Positions 50,799 through 60,401 of a stretch of DNA of 62,909 nucleotides are shown in pieces; within the stretch, counting starts at the first letter, position 1, and the number at the start of each line of letters is the position of its first letter. The notes under the pieces are model-generated. The model had not been told where the DNA came from. It ran no database searches and saw only the letters and a list, made by a program, of their open reading frames with translations. Location of the stretch: NCBI GenBank assembly GCA_913031595.1, contig CAJWCP010000004.1, positions 1-62,909 on the forward strand. Direction: 5' to 3'. The translations under genes were made by a program, and so were the position numbers. The DNA is from an uncultured Flavobacteriales bacterium (GTDB lineage Bacteria > Bacteroidota > Bacteroidia > Flavobacteriales > BACL11).

Positions 50799-52028
50799 CT
50801 AAGAATTCATAGCAAATTGCAATCCCTTGTCTAAGGATTCAAGAAATGATTCCGTTGTAACATAATGAGTTTCATTTAATTTATTACCATGAATACAAAG
50901 CGCTAAATCTTTTGTCATAACACCACTCTCTACAGTATCAATACATACTTTTTCTAATACGCTACAAAAATCTATTAAACGTTGATTATTATCTAGCTTT
51001 CCTCTAAACGAAAGTCCTCTAGTCCAAGCAAAAATAGAAGCAATAGGATTTGTAGATGTCTTCTTACCTTGCTGATGCTGACGGTAATGACGCGTCACCG
51101 TGCCATGAGCAGCCTCAGCCTCCATAACATCTCCCTCAGGAGTAAGCAAAGTAGAGGTCATTAATCCTAAAGAGCCAAATCCCTGGGCCACCGTATCAGA
51201 CTGAACATCTCCATCATAATTCTTACATGCCCAAACAAAATTACCATTCCATTTAAGTGCAGAAGCTACCATGTCGTCAATTAATCTATGTTCATATATT
51301 AAATTATAAGAATCAAATTTTTGTTTAAACTCGTTCTGATACACTTCTTCAAAGATATCTTTAAATCGTCCATCGTAAGATTTTAAAATAGTATTCTTTG
51401 TAGATAAATACAAAGGCCACTTTTTATCAAAAGCCTGATTAAAACAAGAGCGAGCAAATCCATAAATAGACTCATCTGTATTATACATACTCATAGCTAC
51501 ACCGCCACTCCCTTTATAATCATAAACATCCCAAGTAACACTATCTCCATGCTCTGGAGTAAAAGTCATAGTAAGCTTCCCTTTACCTTTTATAACCTGA
51601 TCTGTAGCCTTATATTGATCTCCAAAAGCATGCCTTCCAATGCATATAGGAGCAGTCCAATTAGGAACTAATCTTGGTATATTTTTACATATAATAGGCT
51701 CTCTAAAAACTGTCCCTCCTACAATATTTCGAATCGTCCCATTTGGTGAACGCCACATCTTTTTTAATCCAAATTCTTCTACTCTACCCTCATCAGGAGT
51801 AATAGTAGCACACTTAATACCTACTTTATATTTCTTAATTGCTTCCGCAGCATCTATTGTAATTTGATCATTGGTAGCGTCACGACTTTCTATACCTAAA
51901 TCATAATACTTTATATCTATTTCTAAATAAGGTAATATTAATTTATCTTTTATAAACTTCCAAATAATGCGAGTCATCTCATCGCCATCCATATCAACAA
52001 CAGGATTATCAACTTTAATTTTATTCAT
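50799..52028 (-). CDS. icd: NADP-dependent isocitrate dehydrogenase (subfamily II)
   Basis: [45 protein letters not shown]. Confidence 0.97.
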   Translation of the reverse strand: MNKIKVDNPVVDMDGDEMTRIIWKFIKDKLILPYLEIDIKYYDLGIESRDATNDQITIDAAEAIKKYKVGIKCATITPDEGRVEEFGLKKMWRSPNGTIRNIVGGTVFREPIICKNIPRLVPNWTAPICIGRHAFGDQYKATDQVIKGKGKLTMTFTPEHGDSVTWDVYDYKGSGGVAMSMYNTDESIYGFARSCFNQAFDKKWPLYLSTKNTILKSYDGRFKDIFEEVYQNEFKQKFDSYNLIYEHRLIDDMVASALKWNGNFVWACKNYDGDVQSDTVAQGFGSLGLMTSTLLTPEGDVMEAEAAHGTVTRHYRQHQQGKKTSTNPIASIFAWTRGLSFRGKLDNNQRLIDFCSVLEKVCIDTVESGVMTKDLALCIHGNKLNETHYVTTESFLESLDKGLQFAMNS

Positions 52029-52046
52029 AGGTTAATTTATTTATTA

Positions 52047-54977
52047 TTAATATCCAAACACGTCTTCTAAACTCAAATTGACTATTTCTCCATACTCTTG
52101 CAACACACTCAAATCTATATCTTCTTTAGATCCTAGAACTAAAATTGTTCTTGTTCCTTTAGAAATATAGGAATTATGAAACTCTCTTAGACTATTCATA
52201 TCAAAACGCTGCACCTGATTATATAATTGTTCTCTCATATCTGATTGAAGACCTAGCTTTTGATGTTTCTCATATTCAGTCAATATACGTGATTTTGTTA
52301 ATCTCTCTGTCCTAATTTTCTGTTCTATAGCTTCTTTTGCATTGTTCATATTAGATTCCGCTTCAGGCATTACATCTAATAACGCATTCATTCCAGCCAT
52401 AGCTTCAGATAATTTATCTGATTGAGTTCCTATATAACTCATTAAATAATGTGATTTCACGGTATCCTTTGGTAAAGTATAAGTACTATATACTGAATAT
52501 GCTAATGCTTTCGACTCTCTCATATCTTGAAAAACTATTGAGCTCATTCCTCCTCCAAAATATTCATTATGATATTTTATAATAGGTAGATTACTAGCAA
52601 TAAATTTTTGACCCTTAGAAAGAATCATAATTTCTGCCTGCTTCATATCATAATCAAGAAAATAAACTTTAGGCTTGTCCATTGACAACTCAACAAAAAC
52701 CTTCTTATTAGGAATATCTTTTAAATTTTCCTTATTCGTGTGCAGCTTATTCAAATCTCCTACAACTTTACTAATTTTATCAGGACCATAATAAGTTATC
52801 TTATGCTGATAAGATGTTAAATTATGTATTAAATCAAGTAGCTCATCTGAAGTAAGGCTATTAATTTCTTTATTAGAGAGAATATTTGTAAAAGATGATG
52901 ACTGGCCATATCTTGCATAATTTCCCATTGCTCTCCATAAGATAATCTGTTTATTTAATTTCGCATCTTCTCTAGATTTAATTTCATTTAATTTTAAATT
53001 TTCTAAAGCTTCTTCATCAGAAACTACTCCAGTTAGAATTTTCTCGAAAAGAGAAACAGACTCATCAAAATTATCTGACAACCCACTCAATGTAATTTCA
53101 ATCTTTTCCGAACTACAATTTACAGAGACATCACAACCTAATTTATAGAATTCTTCTTGTTTTTGAGAAGGAGACATGTTTTCAGTACCTAAAAACTTTA
53201 AATAATCAACAGCCAACTTTAATCTTTTATCATGATCTGTACCCATATCTAAGATATAGTTTAACTTGAAGATTTCGTTTTCCGTATTTTCTTTATACAA
53301 TAATTCAACTTCGCCAACATTTGATTTTTTAATATCTCTTGCAAAATCTAAGAATACAGGCTCAATATTTTGCGTTTCTTCTGCAAGCAATTGCTGTAAG
53401 AATTCTGATTGATCTTGTCTATTTACTGTGACTGGTGTAATCTCTGGCTTAGTAACCTTTCTAGTAGAATTATCTTCACCTAATCTCTTATACACTATAA
53501 CATAATTATCTTTATACTTCCTGTTTGCAAAATCTATAATATCTTCTTTACTTACTTTTTCTAATTCAGCCATTGTATTTTGATAATCATCCCATGAAAC
53601 TCCTAGAGTAAAAGCTGAAACAAATTCATTTGCTCTCCCACTATTACTTTCTAATTTCTTTATTTGCTGTAATTTTAGATCAGAAATAATTGCATCTGTT
53701 AACCAATCAGGAAAATTACCAGCCTTGACTTCATCAATTTGAGCTAATAACAAATCTTTTACTTCCTCTAATTTTTGGCCTTTTTTAGGACTACCATAAA
53801 AACCATGCATTGAATAATCTTCAAGTACATAAGGAAAGCACCCTCCTCCAATAATTTTTTGTGCCTGATTAAGATTTAAATCAATAAGTCCAGCAGCAGA
53901 ATTCGAAAGAATCATATCGACCATAGTTAACATAATAGATTCTTCTGTATTAGCTCCATCAAAACGAAAACCTATATATAATCTTTCTGCTTCAGGCCCA
54001 TATACTTCTTTAATTATTGGTTCATCTATTGGCTCTTCTTGAGCTGCATTAAATATAGGGTCTTCTTTTCTTTCAAACCCTCCCCAATATTTATCAATCA
54101 TACGTATAGTCTTATCAAAATCAAGATCTCCAGACAAACAAATTGCCATATTATTAGGGACATAGTATTTGTTAAAATATTTTCTAATCTCTGTTAATGA
54201 AGGATTCTTAAGATGTTCTATAGTTCCAATAGTAGTTTGCTGTCCATATTCATGAACAGGGAAAAGTCCATCAAGTAATGCCTCAAACATTTTTCTACCA
54301 TCATTATCTAAACCTCTATTCTTCTCTTCATATACTGTCTCTAATTCTGTATGAAATAATCTGAAAACAGGATAACGAAATCGCTCTGCTTCTAATTTTA
54401 ACCATTTTTCAAGCTGATTAGATGGGATATCATTAATATAAACTGTCTTTTCGTTAGAAGTATAAGCATTAGTCCCCTTTGCTCCCAAACCTGTGACCAT
54501 CTTATCATACTCATTAGCAATAGCATACTTAGCTGCTTCACCTGATATAGAATCAATTTGCTTCCATACTCGATCTCTATTTTTTACATCATCCATATCA
54601 ATAGTTCTATATTCTTCATAAAGAACTTCAATCCTATCTAGTAAAGGTTTTTCTAAATCATAATCTAATGTGCCGTAAATATCTGTCCCCTTAAATAGCA
54701 TATGTTCTAAATAATGAGCCAGTCCTGTAGCATCATTAGGGTCATGCTTGCTACCAGCGCGAACCGCAATATTTGTTTGTATTCTTGGCGCATCATCATA
54801 AGATGTCAAATATACTTTTAAGCCATTATCAAGAGTATATATTCTTGCATCTAATGGATCATTTTTTATAGCTTCATAATTATTCTCAATTGTATTCATT
54901 TGTTTTTTTGCATTAATTGTAAAAAAAGTTGCGGCGCAAACTATAAGCGCAAAAGTTACTATTTCTTCTATTTTCAT
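52047..54977 (-). CDS. M16 family zinc peptidase, exported
   Basis: GLAHYLEHMLFKG (HxxEH), TNAYTS, YYVPNNM, RESKALAYS. Confidence 0.93.
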   Translation of the reverse strand: MKIEEIVTFALIVCAATFFTINAKKQMNTIENNYEAIKNDPLDARIYTLDNGLKVYLTSYDDAPRIQTNIAVRAGSKHDPNDATGLAHYLEHMLFKGTDIYGTLDYDLEKPLLDRIEVLYEEYRTIDMDDVKNRDRVWKQIDSISGEAAKYAIANEYDKMVTGLGAKGTNAYTSNEKTVYINDIPSNQLEKWLKLEAERFRYPVFRLFHTELETVYEEKNRGLDNDGRKMFEALLDGLFPVHEYGQQTTIGTIEHLKNPSLTEIRKYFNKYYVPNNMAICLSGDLDFDKTIRMIDKYWGGFERKEDPIFNAAQEEPIDEPIIKEVYGPEAERLYIGFRFDGANTEESIMLTMVDMILSNSAAGLIDLNLNQAQKIIGGGCFPYVLEDYSMHGFYGSPKKGQKLEEVKDLLLAQIDEVKAGNFPDWLTDAIISDLKLQQIKKLESNSGRANEFVSAFTLGVSWDDYQNTMAELEKVSKEDIIDFANRKYKDNYVIVYKRLGEDNSTRKVTKPEITPVTVNRQDQSEFLQQLLAEETQNIEPVFLDFARDIKKSNVGEVELLYKENTENEIFKLNYILDMGTDHDKRLKLAVDYLKFLGTENMSPSQKQEEFYKLGCDVSVNCSSEKIEITLSGLSDNFDESVSLFEKILTGVVSDEEALENLKLNEIKSREDAKLNKQIILWRAMGNYARYGQSSSFTNILSNKEINSLTSDELLDLIHNLTSYQHKITYYGPDKISKVVGDLNKLHTNKENLKDIPNKKVFVELSMDKPKVYFLDYDMKQAEIMILSKGQKFIASNLPIIKYHNEYFGGGMSSIVFQDMRESKALAYSVYSTYTLPKDTVKSHYLMSYIGTQSDKLSEAMAGMNALLDVMPEAESNMNNAKEAIEQKIRTERLTKSRILTEYEKHQKLGLQSDMREQLYNQVQRFDMNSLREFHNSYISKGTRTILVLGSKEDIDLSVLQEYGEIVNLSLEDVFGY

Positions 54978-54992
54978 AATATAATATTTTAA

Positions 54993-56693
54993 TTAATAAT
55001 CTGGATCAAGACCTAACTCTATTCTTAACCTCTGTAAATGATGATTATCTTTCAACATCTTATTAAACTTATCTCTATTAGTATATAACATGTCTTTTTT
55101 AACATCCTTAGTTATACGTTTTATAATAGTAATATAATCGTTTTGTAAGTTTTCTCTTAAAAAGTTGAGAACTGTATATTCTTCTTCTTCAAGAATTTCA
55201 ACTTGCGAACTATTAATTAAGGTAATATCAATAACAAAATCTTGTTTTAACTCTGGTTCATTAGCACCTAAAGCAATTGCAAGATTAGATTTCCCTTTAT
55301 TTCTAATTTCATTAATAAGATCAGACCATACTACAACCAATTCCTCTTCAGAAAACTCTCTTTTTCTCTTTTTTGTAATCTTAATATTTTCTTCGCTAAG
55401 ATCCTTATTAGCTTGTAAAAAATTAGAAATAGATATCGTCTTGGATTTCATCTCAGGACTCTTCTCATTTAATATAGCGCTAACGCTCATTCCTTTATCT
55501 AATGATGCTTCGTTCTTAACGCTCATTCCTTTATCTAATGACACTTCGTTCTTTATTAACATATTATTCAAACTAATCTTTTCGTTTTCTAATTTCTCTG
55601 ACGCTATAAACTTTTTAGACTTTTTTTTTTCAACCGAAAAATGTCCTATTGAAGAGATCTGTATTAAACATAACTCAACTAACAATCTTTTATTATTTGC
55701 GTTTTTATATTGAATATCACACTCATTACACATAGAAAGTGCTTCTATCAAAAAGTTAATATCACATAAAGAAGACTGCTCTAAATATCTTTCTTTTAAT
55801 AGATCACTTTTCTCTAATAATTTAAGAGTTTCCTTATTTTTTACAACTAATAAATCTCTTAGGTGTTTTGCAAGTCCGTTAATAAACTCCTGTCCATCAA
55901 AACCATTAACTAATATTTGATTAAAAACATCTAAAATAACACTAATCTCATTATTTAACAATGATTCAGTAATATTAAAATAATACTCATAATCTAGAAT
56001 ATTCAAATGCTCTATAACTTTTTCATAAGTTAGGTTGTCTGAAGAAAAACTAACTAAACGATCAAATAATGAAAGTGCATCTCTCATAGCCCCATCAGAC
56101 TTTTGAGCAATTAAATTAAGTGCTTCAGGTTCAAACTTAATATTCTCTTTACTTGCAACAAATGACAAATGATTTGAAATATCAGAAACAGTTACCCTTT
56201 TAAAATCAAAAATTTGACATCTAGAAAGAATAGTAGGTATAATCTTATGCTTCTCTGTAGTAGCCAAAATAAACTTAGCATGTTTTGGAGGCTCTTCCAA
56301 TGTTTTTAAAAACGCATTAAATGCGGATTGAGAAAGCATGTGTACTTCATCAATTATATAAACCTTATATTTACCTGTTTGGGGTGGCACTCTCACCTGA
56401 TCTGTTAAGTTTCTTATATCATCAACAGAATTATTAGACGCAGCATCTAACTCAAAAATATTAAATGAAAAATCATCTATCTCACTATCATTATTAAACT
56501 GATTGATTTCCTTTGCAAAAATTCTAGCACATGTAGTTTTACCAACACCTCTAGGGCCACAAAATAAAAAAGACTGAGCTAATTGATTAGATTCTATTGC
56601 ATTCTGTAGTGTTAAAGTAATTGAATTTTGACCAACTACAGCATCAAAACTCGTCGGCCTATACTTTCTAGCAGAAACAATAAAATCATTCAT
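54993..56693 (-). CDS. dnaX: DNA polymerase III subunits gamma/tau
   Basis: ARKYRP, GPRGVGKT, DAASN, IIDEVHMLS, LKTLEEPP, SRC. Confidence 0.96.
   Translation of the reverse strand: MNDFIVSARKYRPTSFDAVVGQNSITLTLQNAIESNQLAQSFLFCGPRGVGKTTCARIFAKEINQFNNDSEIDDFSFNIFELDAASNNSVDDIRNLTDQVRVPPQTGKYKVYIIDEVHMLSQSAFNAFLKTLEEPPKHAKFILATTEKHKIIPTILSRCQIFDFKRVTVSDISNHLSFVASKENIKFEPEALNLIAQKSDGAMRDALSLFDRLVSFSSDNLTYEKVIEHLNILDYEYYFNITESLLNNEISVILDVFNQILVNGFDGQEFINGLAKHLRDLLVVKNKETLKLLEKSDLLKERYLEQSSLCDINFLIEALSMCNECDIQYKNANNKRLLVELCLIQISSIGHFSVEKKKSKKFIASEKLENEKISLNNMLIKNEVSLDKGMSVKNEASLDKGMSVSAILNEKSPEMKSKTISISNFLQANKDLSEENIKITKKRKREFSEEELVVVWSDLINEIRNKGKSNLAIALGANEPELKQDFVIDITLINSSQVEILEEEEYTVLNFLRENLQNDYITIIKRITKDVKKDMLYTNRDKFNKMLKDNHHLQRLRIELGLDPDY
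55481..55552. repeat. 36-bp in-frame tandem duplication in the dnaX linker
   Basis: TAACGCTCATTCCTTTATCTAATGA(TG/CA)CTTCGTTCT x2, 2 mismatches; encodes KNE(V/A)SLDKGMSV twice. Confidence 0.92.
55615..55631 (-). other. Candidate slippage/frameshift site in dnaX
   Basis: G-A10-GTCTAA; includes A AAA AAG; the -1 frame reads GTC TAA. Confidence 0.7.
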
Positions 56694-56700
56694 TAATAAA

Positions 56701-56708
56701 CAAAATTA
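56701..56708 (-). promoter_or_regulatory. -7 promoter element of dnaX
   Basis: TAATTTTG 7 nt before the ATG. Confidence 0.6.
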
Positions 56709-56782
56709 AAAATAGAAGCACAAAGCTAACATTTCTTATAAAATAAAAGCTAAATATTTTTCAAATTAAAAAAACAATTGTA

Positions 56783-56815
56783 TTTGCAATTTATAGAATG
56801 TTTTTACTAAATTTG
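56783..56815 (+). promoter_or_regulatory. -33/-7 promoter of rpsF-rpsR-rplI
   Basis: TTTG (56783-56786), 21-nt spacer, TAAATTTG (56808-56815). Confidence 0.7.
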
Positions 56816-56851
56816 CCGGCCAAATAAATTATTAACCATAAAAGATAAACG

Positions 56852-57193
56852 ATGAATACTTACGAAACTGTTTTCATTCTAAATCCCGTTTTATCTGATG
56901 ACCAGGTAAAGGAAACAGTACAAAAATTTACTAGCTTTATTAAAAAAAATAAAGGAGAAATAACGCATGAAGAAAGCTGGGGATTAAAAAAACTAAAGTA
57001 TGTGATCCAAAAGAAAAAAACAGGCTTTTACTATTTAATGGAATTTAAAGCTGCAGGAAATATAATTACTGATTTTGAGGTAGAATTAAAAAGAGATGAG
57101 CGAATTATAAGATGGCAAACAGTTAAACTAGACAAATTTGCACTAGAATATGCTGAAAAAAGAAAAAAGAAATTAACGAAAAAAACAGATTAA
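56852..57193 (+). CDS. rpsF: 30S ribosomal protein S6
   Basis: [28 protein letters not shown]. Confidence 0.97.
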   Translation: MNTYETVFILNPVLSDDQVKETVQKFTSFIKKNKGEITHEESWGLKKLKYVIQKKKTGFYYLMEFKAAGNIITDFEVELKRDERIIRWQTVKLDKFALEYAEKRKKKLTKKTD

Positions 57194-57195
57194 TT

Positions 57196-57462
57196 ATGGC
57201 TGATAATGAAGTAAAATATTTATCTCCTGTAGATATTGAATTAAGAAGTAATAATAAATATTGTCGTTTTAAAAAATTAGGCATTAAGTATATTGATTAT
57301 AAAGATCCAGATTTTTTAATGCGTTTTTTAAATGAACAAGGAAAAATATTACCAAGAAGAATTACTGGCAACTCACTAAAATTTCAAAGAAGATTAGCTG
57401 TGGCAGTAAAAAGAGCAAGACAAATTGCACTTCTTCCTTACGTTGGTGATAATTTAAAATAA
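57196..57462 (+). CDS. rpsR: 30S ribosomal protein S18
   Basis: [26 protein letters not shown]. Confidence 0.97.
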   Translation: MADNEVKYLSPVDIELRSNNKYCRFKKLGIKYIDYKDPDFLMRFLNEQGKILPRRITGNSLKFQRRLAVAVKRARQIALLPYVGDNLK

Positions 57463-57480
57463 TCTTTAATTAAGAATATT

Positions 57481-57924
57481 ATGGATGTTATATTAAAAGA
57501 GGATGTTGAGAAATTAGGGTTTAAGAATGAAATCGTATCTGTTAAAAACGGATTCGGAAGAAATTATTTAATCCCAAAAGGGCTAGCTATTTTAGCAACA
57601 GAATCTTCTATTAAAGTTTTAGAGGAAAATTTAAGACAACAAGAGAATAAAGAAGCTTCTGAAATTGAAGAAGCTAACAAAATAAAAGAAGATCTAGAAA
57701 AAATAGATGTGGTAATAAAAGCTAAAGTAGCAGAAGGAGGAAGCAAATTATTTGGATCAATAAAAACAAATCAATTTGTTGAAGCGCTAGATAAATTAGG
57801 ACATAATATTAATTCAAAATTTGTTAAACTAACATCTATTAAAGAATTAGGTGAATATGAAGCAGAAGTTAGGCTACATAGAAAAGTTAGCACCTCTGTA
57901 AAATTTAAAGTAGTAGCAGAATAA
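57481..57924 (+). CDS. rplI: 50S ribosomal protein L9
   Basis: VKNGFGRNYLIP, KLFGSI, IKELG.Y..LH. Confidence 0.97.
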   Translation: MDVILKEDVEKLGFKNEIVSVKNGFGRNYLIPKGLAILATESSIKVLEENLRQQENKEASEIEEANKIKEDLEKIDVVIKAKVAEGGSKLFGSIKTNQFVEALDKLGHNINSKFVKLTSIKELGEYEAEVRLHRKVSTSVKFKVVAE

Positions 57925-57939
57925 AATAAAGAATAAAAT

Positions 57940-57979
57940 AAATATAAAAGCCAAGCCATAGCGCTTGGCTTTTATATTT
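57940..57979 (+). terminator. Intrinsic terminator after rplI
   Basis: 17-bp perfect inverted repeat AAATATAAAAGCCAAGC-CATAGC-GCTTGGCTTTTATATTT. Confidence 0.88.
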
Positions 57980-58017
57980 TTACATGAAATAAGAGCTAAT
58001 AATATAGTGCAAATCAT

Positions 58018-58025
58018 TACCTTTG
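58018..58025 (+). promoter_or_regulatory. -7 promoter element of aconitase
   Basis: TACCTTTG. Confidence 0.6.
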
Positions 58026-58056
58026 CATACCAAAATTCAAACCAAAAAAACATACA

Positions 58057-60327
58057 ATGGCCTTTGACTTTAAAATGATTAAAAATGTTTATGAGAAGTA
58101 TCCTAGATCGGTAGAAATAGCTAGAAAAATTACTCAAAAACCTCTTACTTTATCAGAAAAAGTTCTTTATACTCATCTGTGTAACACAGATATAAAATCA
58201 GCTTTTACAAGAGGAAAAGACTATGTAGACTTTGCTCCAGACAGAGTAGCTATGCAAGATGCAACAGCACAAATGGCGTTATTACAATTTATGCAAGCAG
58301 GAAAGAAAAAAGTTGCGGTCCCTTCTACAGCTCATGCGGACCATTTAATTCTTGCTAAACAAGGCGCAGATAAAGATCTACAAAATAGTCTAAATACCAA
58401 TAATGAGGTGTTTAATTTTTTAAGTTCCGTTTGTAATAAATATGGTATTGGATTCTGGAAACCTGGAGCTGGAATAATCCACCAAGTAATATTAGAAAAC
58501 TATGCTTTTCCTGGAGGGATGATGATAGGTACAGATTCTCATACTGTAAACGCAGGAGGATTAGGAATGATTGCTATTGGAGTTGGTGGTGCTGATGCTG
58601 TAGATGTAATGGCAGGAATGCCTTGGGAACTTAAATTTCCAAAATTAATTGGTATTAAACTAACTGGTAAATTAAATGGTTGGACTTCTCCTAAAGATGT
58701 AATATTAAAAGTTGCAGGAATACTAACTGTTAAAGGAGGTACTGGATGTATAGTAGAATATTTCGGAGAAGGAGCAAAATCACTTTCCGCTACAGGAAAA
58801 GGAACTATTTGTAATATGGGAGCTGAAATTGGCGCAACAACATCTACTTTTGGTTATGATGAAAGCATGGAGAGATACTTACGAGCTACTGGAAGAGAAG
58901 ATGTAGCAGATGCCGCTAATAATATAAAAGACCACCTAACAGGTGATAAAGAAGTCTATGATAATCCTGAGAAATATTTTGATCAAGTAATAGAAATTGA
59001 TCTTTCTAAATTAACACCACATCTAAATGGTCCATTTACACCTGACTTAGCAACACCAATTAGTGAAATGCGAGAAAAAGCAAGGCAAAATGAATGGCCA
59101 TTAGAAATTGAATGGGCATTAATAGGATCATGTACAAATTCCTCTTACGAAGATCTAACAAGGGCCGCATCTATAATTGAAGATGCTATAAACAAAAACC
59201 TAAAAACAAAATCATTTTTAGGTATTAATCCTGGATCAGAACAAGTAAGATTTACCGCTGAAAGAGATGGATTGCTAAATATATTTAAGCAAGCAAAGAA
59301 AACCAAAATATTTACCAATGCATGCGGACCTTGTATTGGACAATGGGATCGTGAAGGAGCAAAAGATCAAAAAAAGAACTCAATAGTACATTCATTTAAT
59401 AGAAATTTTGCAAAACGAGCTGATGGCAACCCTAATACGCATGCATTTGTCGCTTCTCCAGAAATGGTAGCAGCAATTGCTATTGCAGGAAGATTAGATT
59501 TCAATCCTATAACAGACCTATTAACTAATGAAGCTGGTGAACAAGTAAAATTAAAAGAACCGAAAGGCATGGAATTACCTGAAAAAGGTTTTGATGTTGA
59601 AGACAATGGATATCAGCCTCCTGCAAAAGATGGAACAGATATTAAGATAAAAATAAATCCTGATTCAAATAGATTACAGTTATTAGAACCTTTTCCAGCC
59701 TGGGATAAAAAAAATATTATAGGAGCAAAATTACTTATAAAAGCAAGTGGAAAATGCACAACAGATCATATTTCTATGGCAGGCCCATGGTTGAAATACA
59801 GAGGACATCTTGATAATATTTCTAACAATTGTTTAATCGGAGCAGTAAATGCTTTTAATGGACAAACAAATTCTATAATTAATCAAATTGATGGTGTAAC
59901 TGGTGAAGTTCCAGATATTGCTAGAGAATACAAATCATATAACATTCCTACTATTGTGGTAGGTGATCATAATTATGGAGAAGGCTCTTCTAGAGAACAT
60001 GCTGCAATGGAACCTAGACATCTTGGTGTAAGAGCTGTTATTGTAAAGTCTTTTGCAAGAATCCATGAAACTAACTTAAAAAAACAAGGAATGTTAGCTC
60101 TAACATTTACAAAAGAATCAGACTATGATTTAATACAAGAAGATGATACATTTAATTTTATAGACTTAGAATCGTTCCAAGAAAATAAGCAAATAACACT
60201 AGAAATAATACATAAAGACTCTACAAAAGATCAAATTACATTAAACCATACTTATAATAAAACTCAAATTGAATGGTTTAAGGCTGGCTCTGCCCTTAAT
60301 TTAATTAAACAAGAAAATAATAATTAA
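58057..60327 (+). CDS. Aconitate hydratase (mitochondrial-type family)
   Basis: [56 protein letters not shown]. Confidence 0.96.
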   Translation: MAFDFKMIKNVYEKYPRSVEIARKITQKPLTLSEKVLYTHLCNTDIKSAFTRGKDYVDFAPDRVAMQDATAQMALLQFMQAGKKKVAVPSTAHADHLILAKQGADKDLQNSLNTNNEVFNFLSSVCNKYGIGFWKPGAGIIHQVILENYAFPGGMMIGTDSHTVNAGGLGMIAIGVGGADAVDVMAGMPWELKFPKLIGIKLTGKLNGWTSPKDVILKVAGILTVKGGTGCIVEYFGEGAKSLSATGKGTICNMGAEIGATTSTFGYDESMERYLRATGREDVADAANNIKDHLTGDKEVYDNPEKYFDQVIEIDLSKLTPHLNGPFTPDLATPISEMREKARQNEWPLEIEWALIGSCTNSSYEDLTRAASIIEDAINKNLKTKSFLGINPGSEQVRFTAERDGLLNIFKQAKKTKIFTNACGPCIGQWDREGAKDQKKNSIVHSFNRNFAKRADGNPNTHAFVASPEMVAAIAIAGRLDFNPITDLLTNEAGEQVKLKEPKGMELPEKGFDVEDNGYQPPAKDGTDIKIKINPDSNRLQLLEPFPAWDKKNIIGAKLLIKASGKCTTDHISMAGPWLKYRGHLDNISNNCLIGAVNAFNGQTNSIINQIDGVTGEVPDIAREYKSYNIPTIVVGDHNYGEGSSREHAAMEPRHLGVRAVIVKSFARIHETNLKKQGMLALTFTKESDYDLIQEDDTFNFIDLESFQENKQITLEIIHKDSTKDQITLNHTYNKTQIEWFKAGSALNLIKQENNN

Positions 60328-60354
60328 ATAATATTGGTTGAATAAGAGTAAATT

Positions 60355-60382
60355 ATCTTAATAAGAATAGTCTTATTAAGAT
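60355..60382. repeat. 12-bp perfect AT-rich inverted repeat (terminator or operator)
   Basis: ATCTTAATAAGA-ATAG-TCTTATTAAGAT, abutting TAATTTTG at 60387-60394. Confidence 0.7.
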
Positions 60383-60401
60383 TTTGTAATTTTGCACACT
60401 T

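Noticed and set aside
55481-55552. 36-bp repeat as a CRISPR array
   Set aside because: Two adjacent copies with no spacer, in frame within dnaX, and no cas genes
56816-56851. S6:S18 autoregulatory leader
   Set aside because: The leader is about 30 nt, A-rich, and has no convincing stem
57919-57942. GAATAAAATAAA x2 across the rplI stop
   Set aside because: Low-complexity micro-duplication in AT-rich DNA with no evident function
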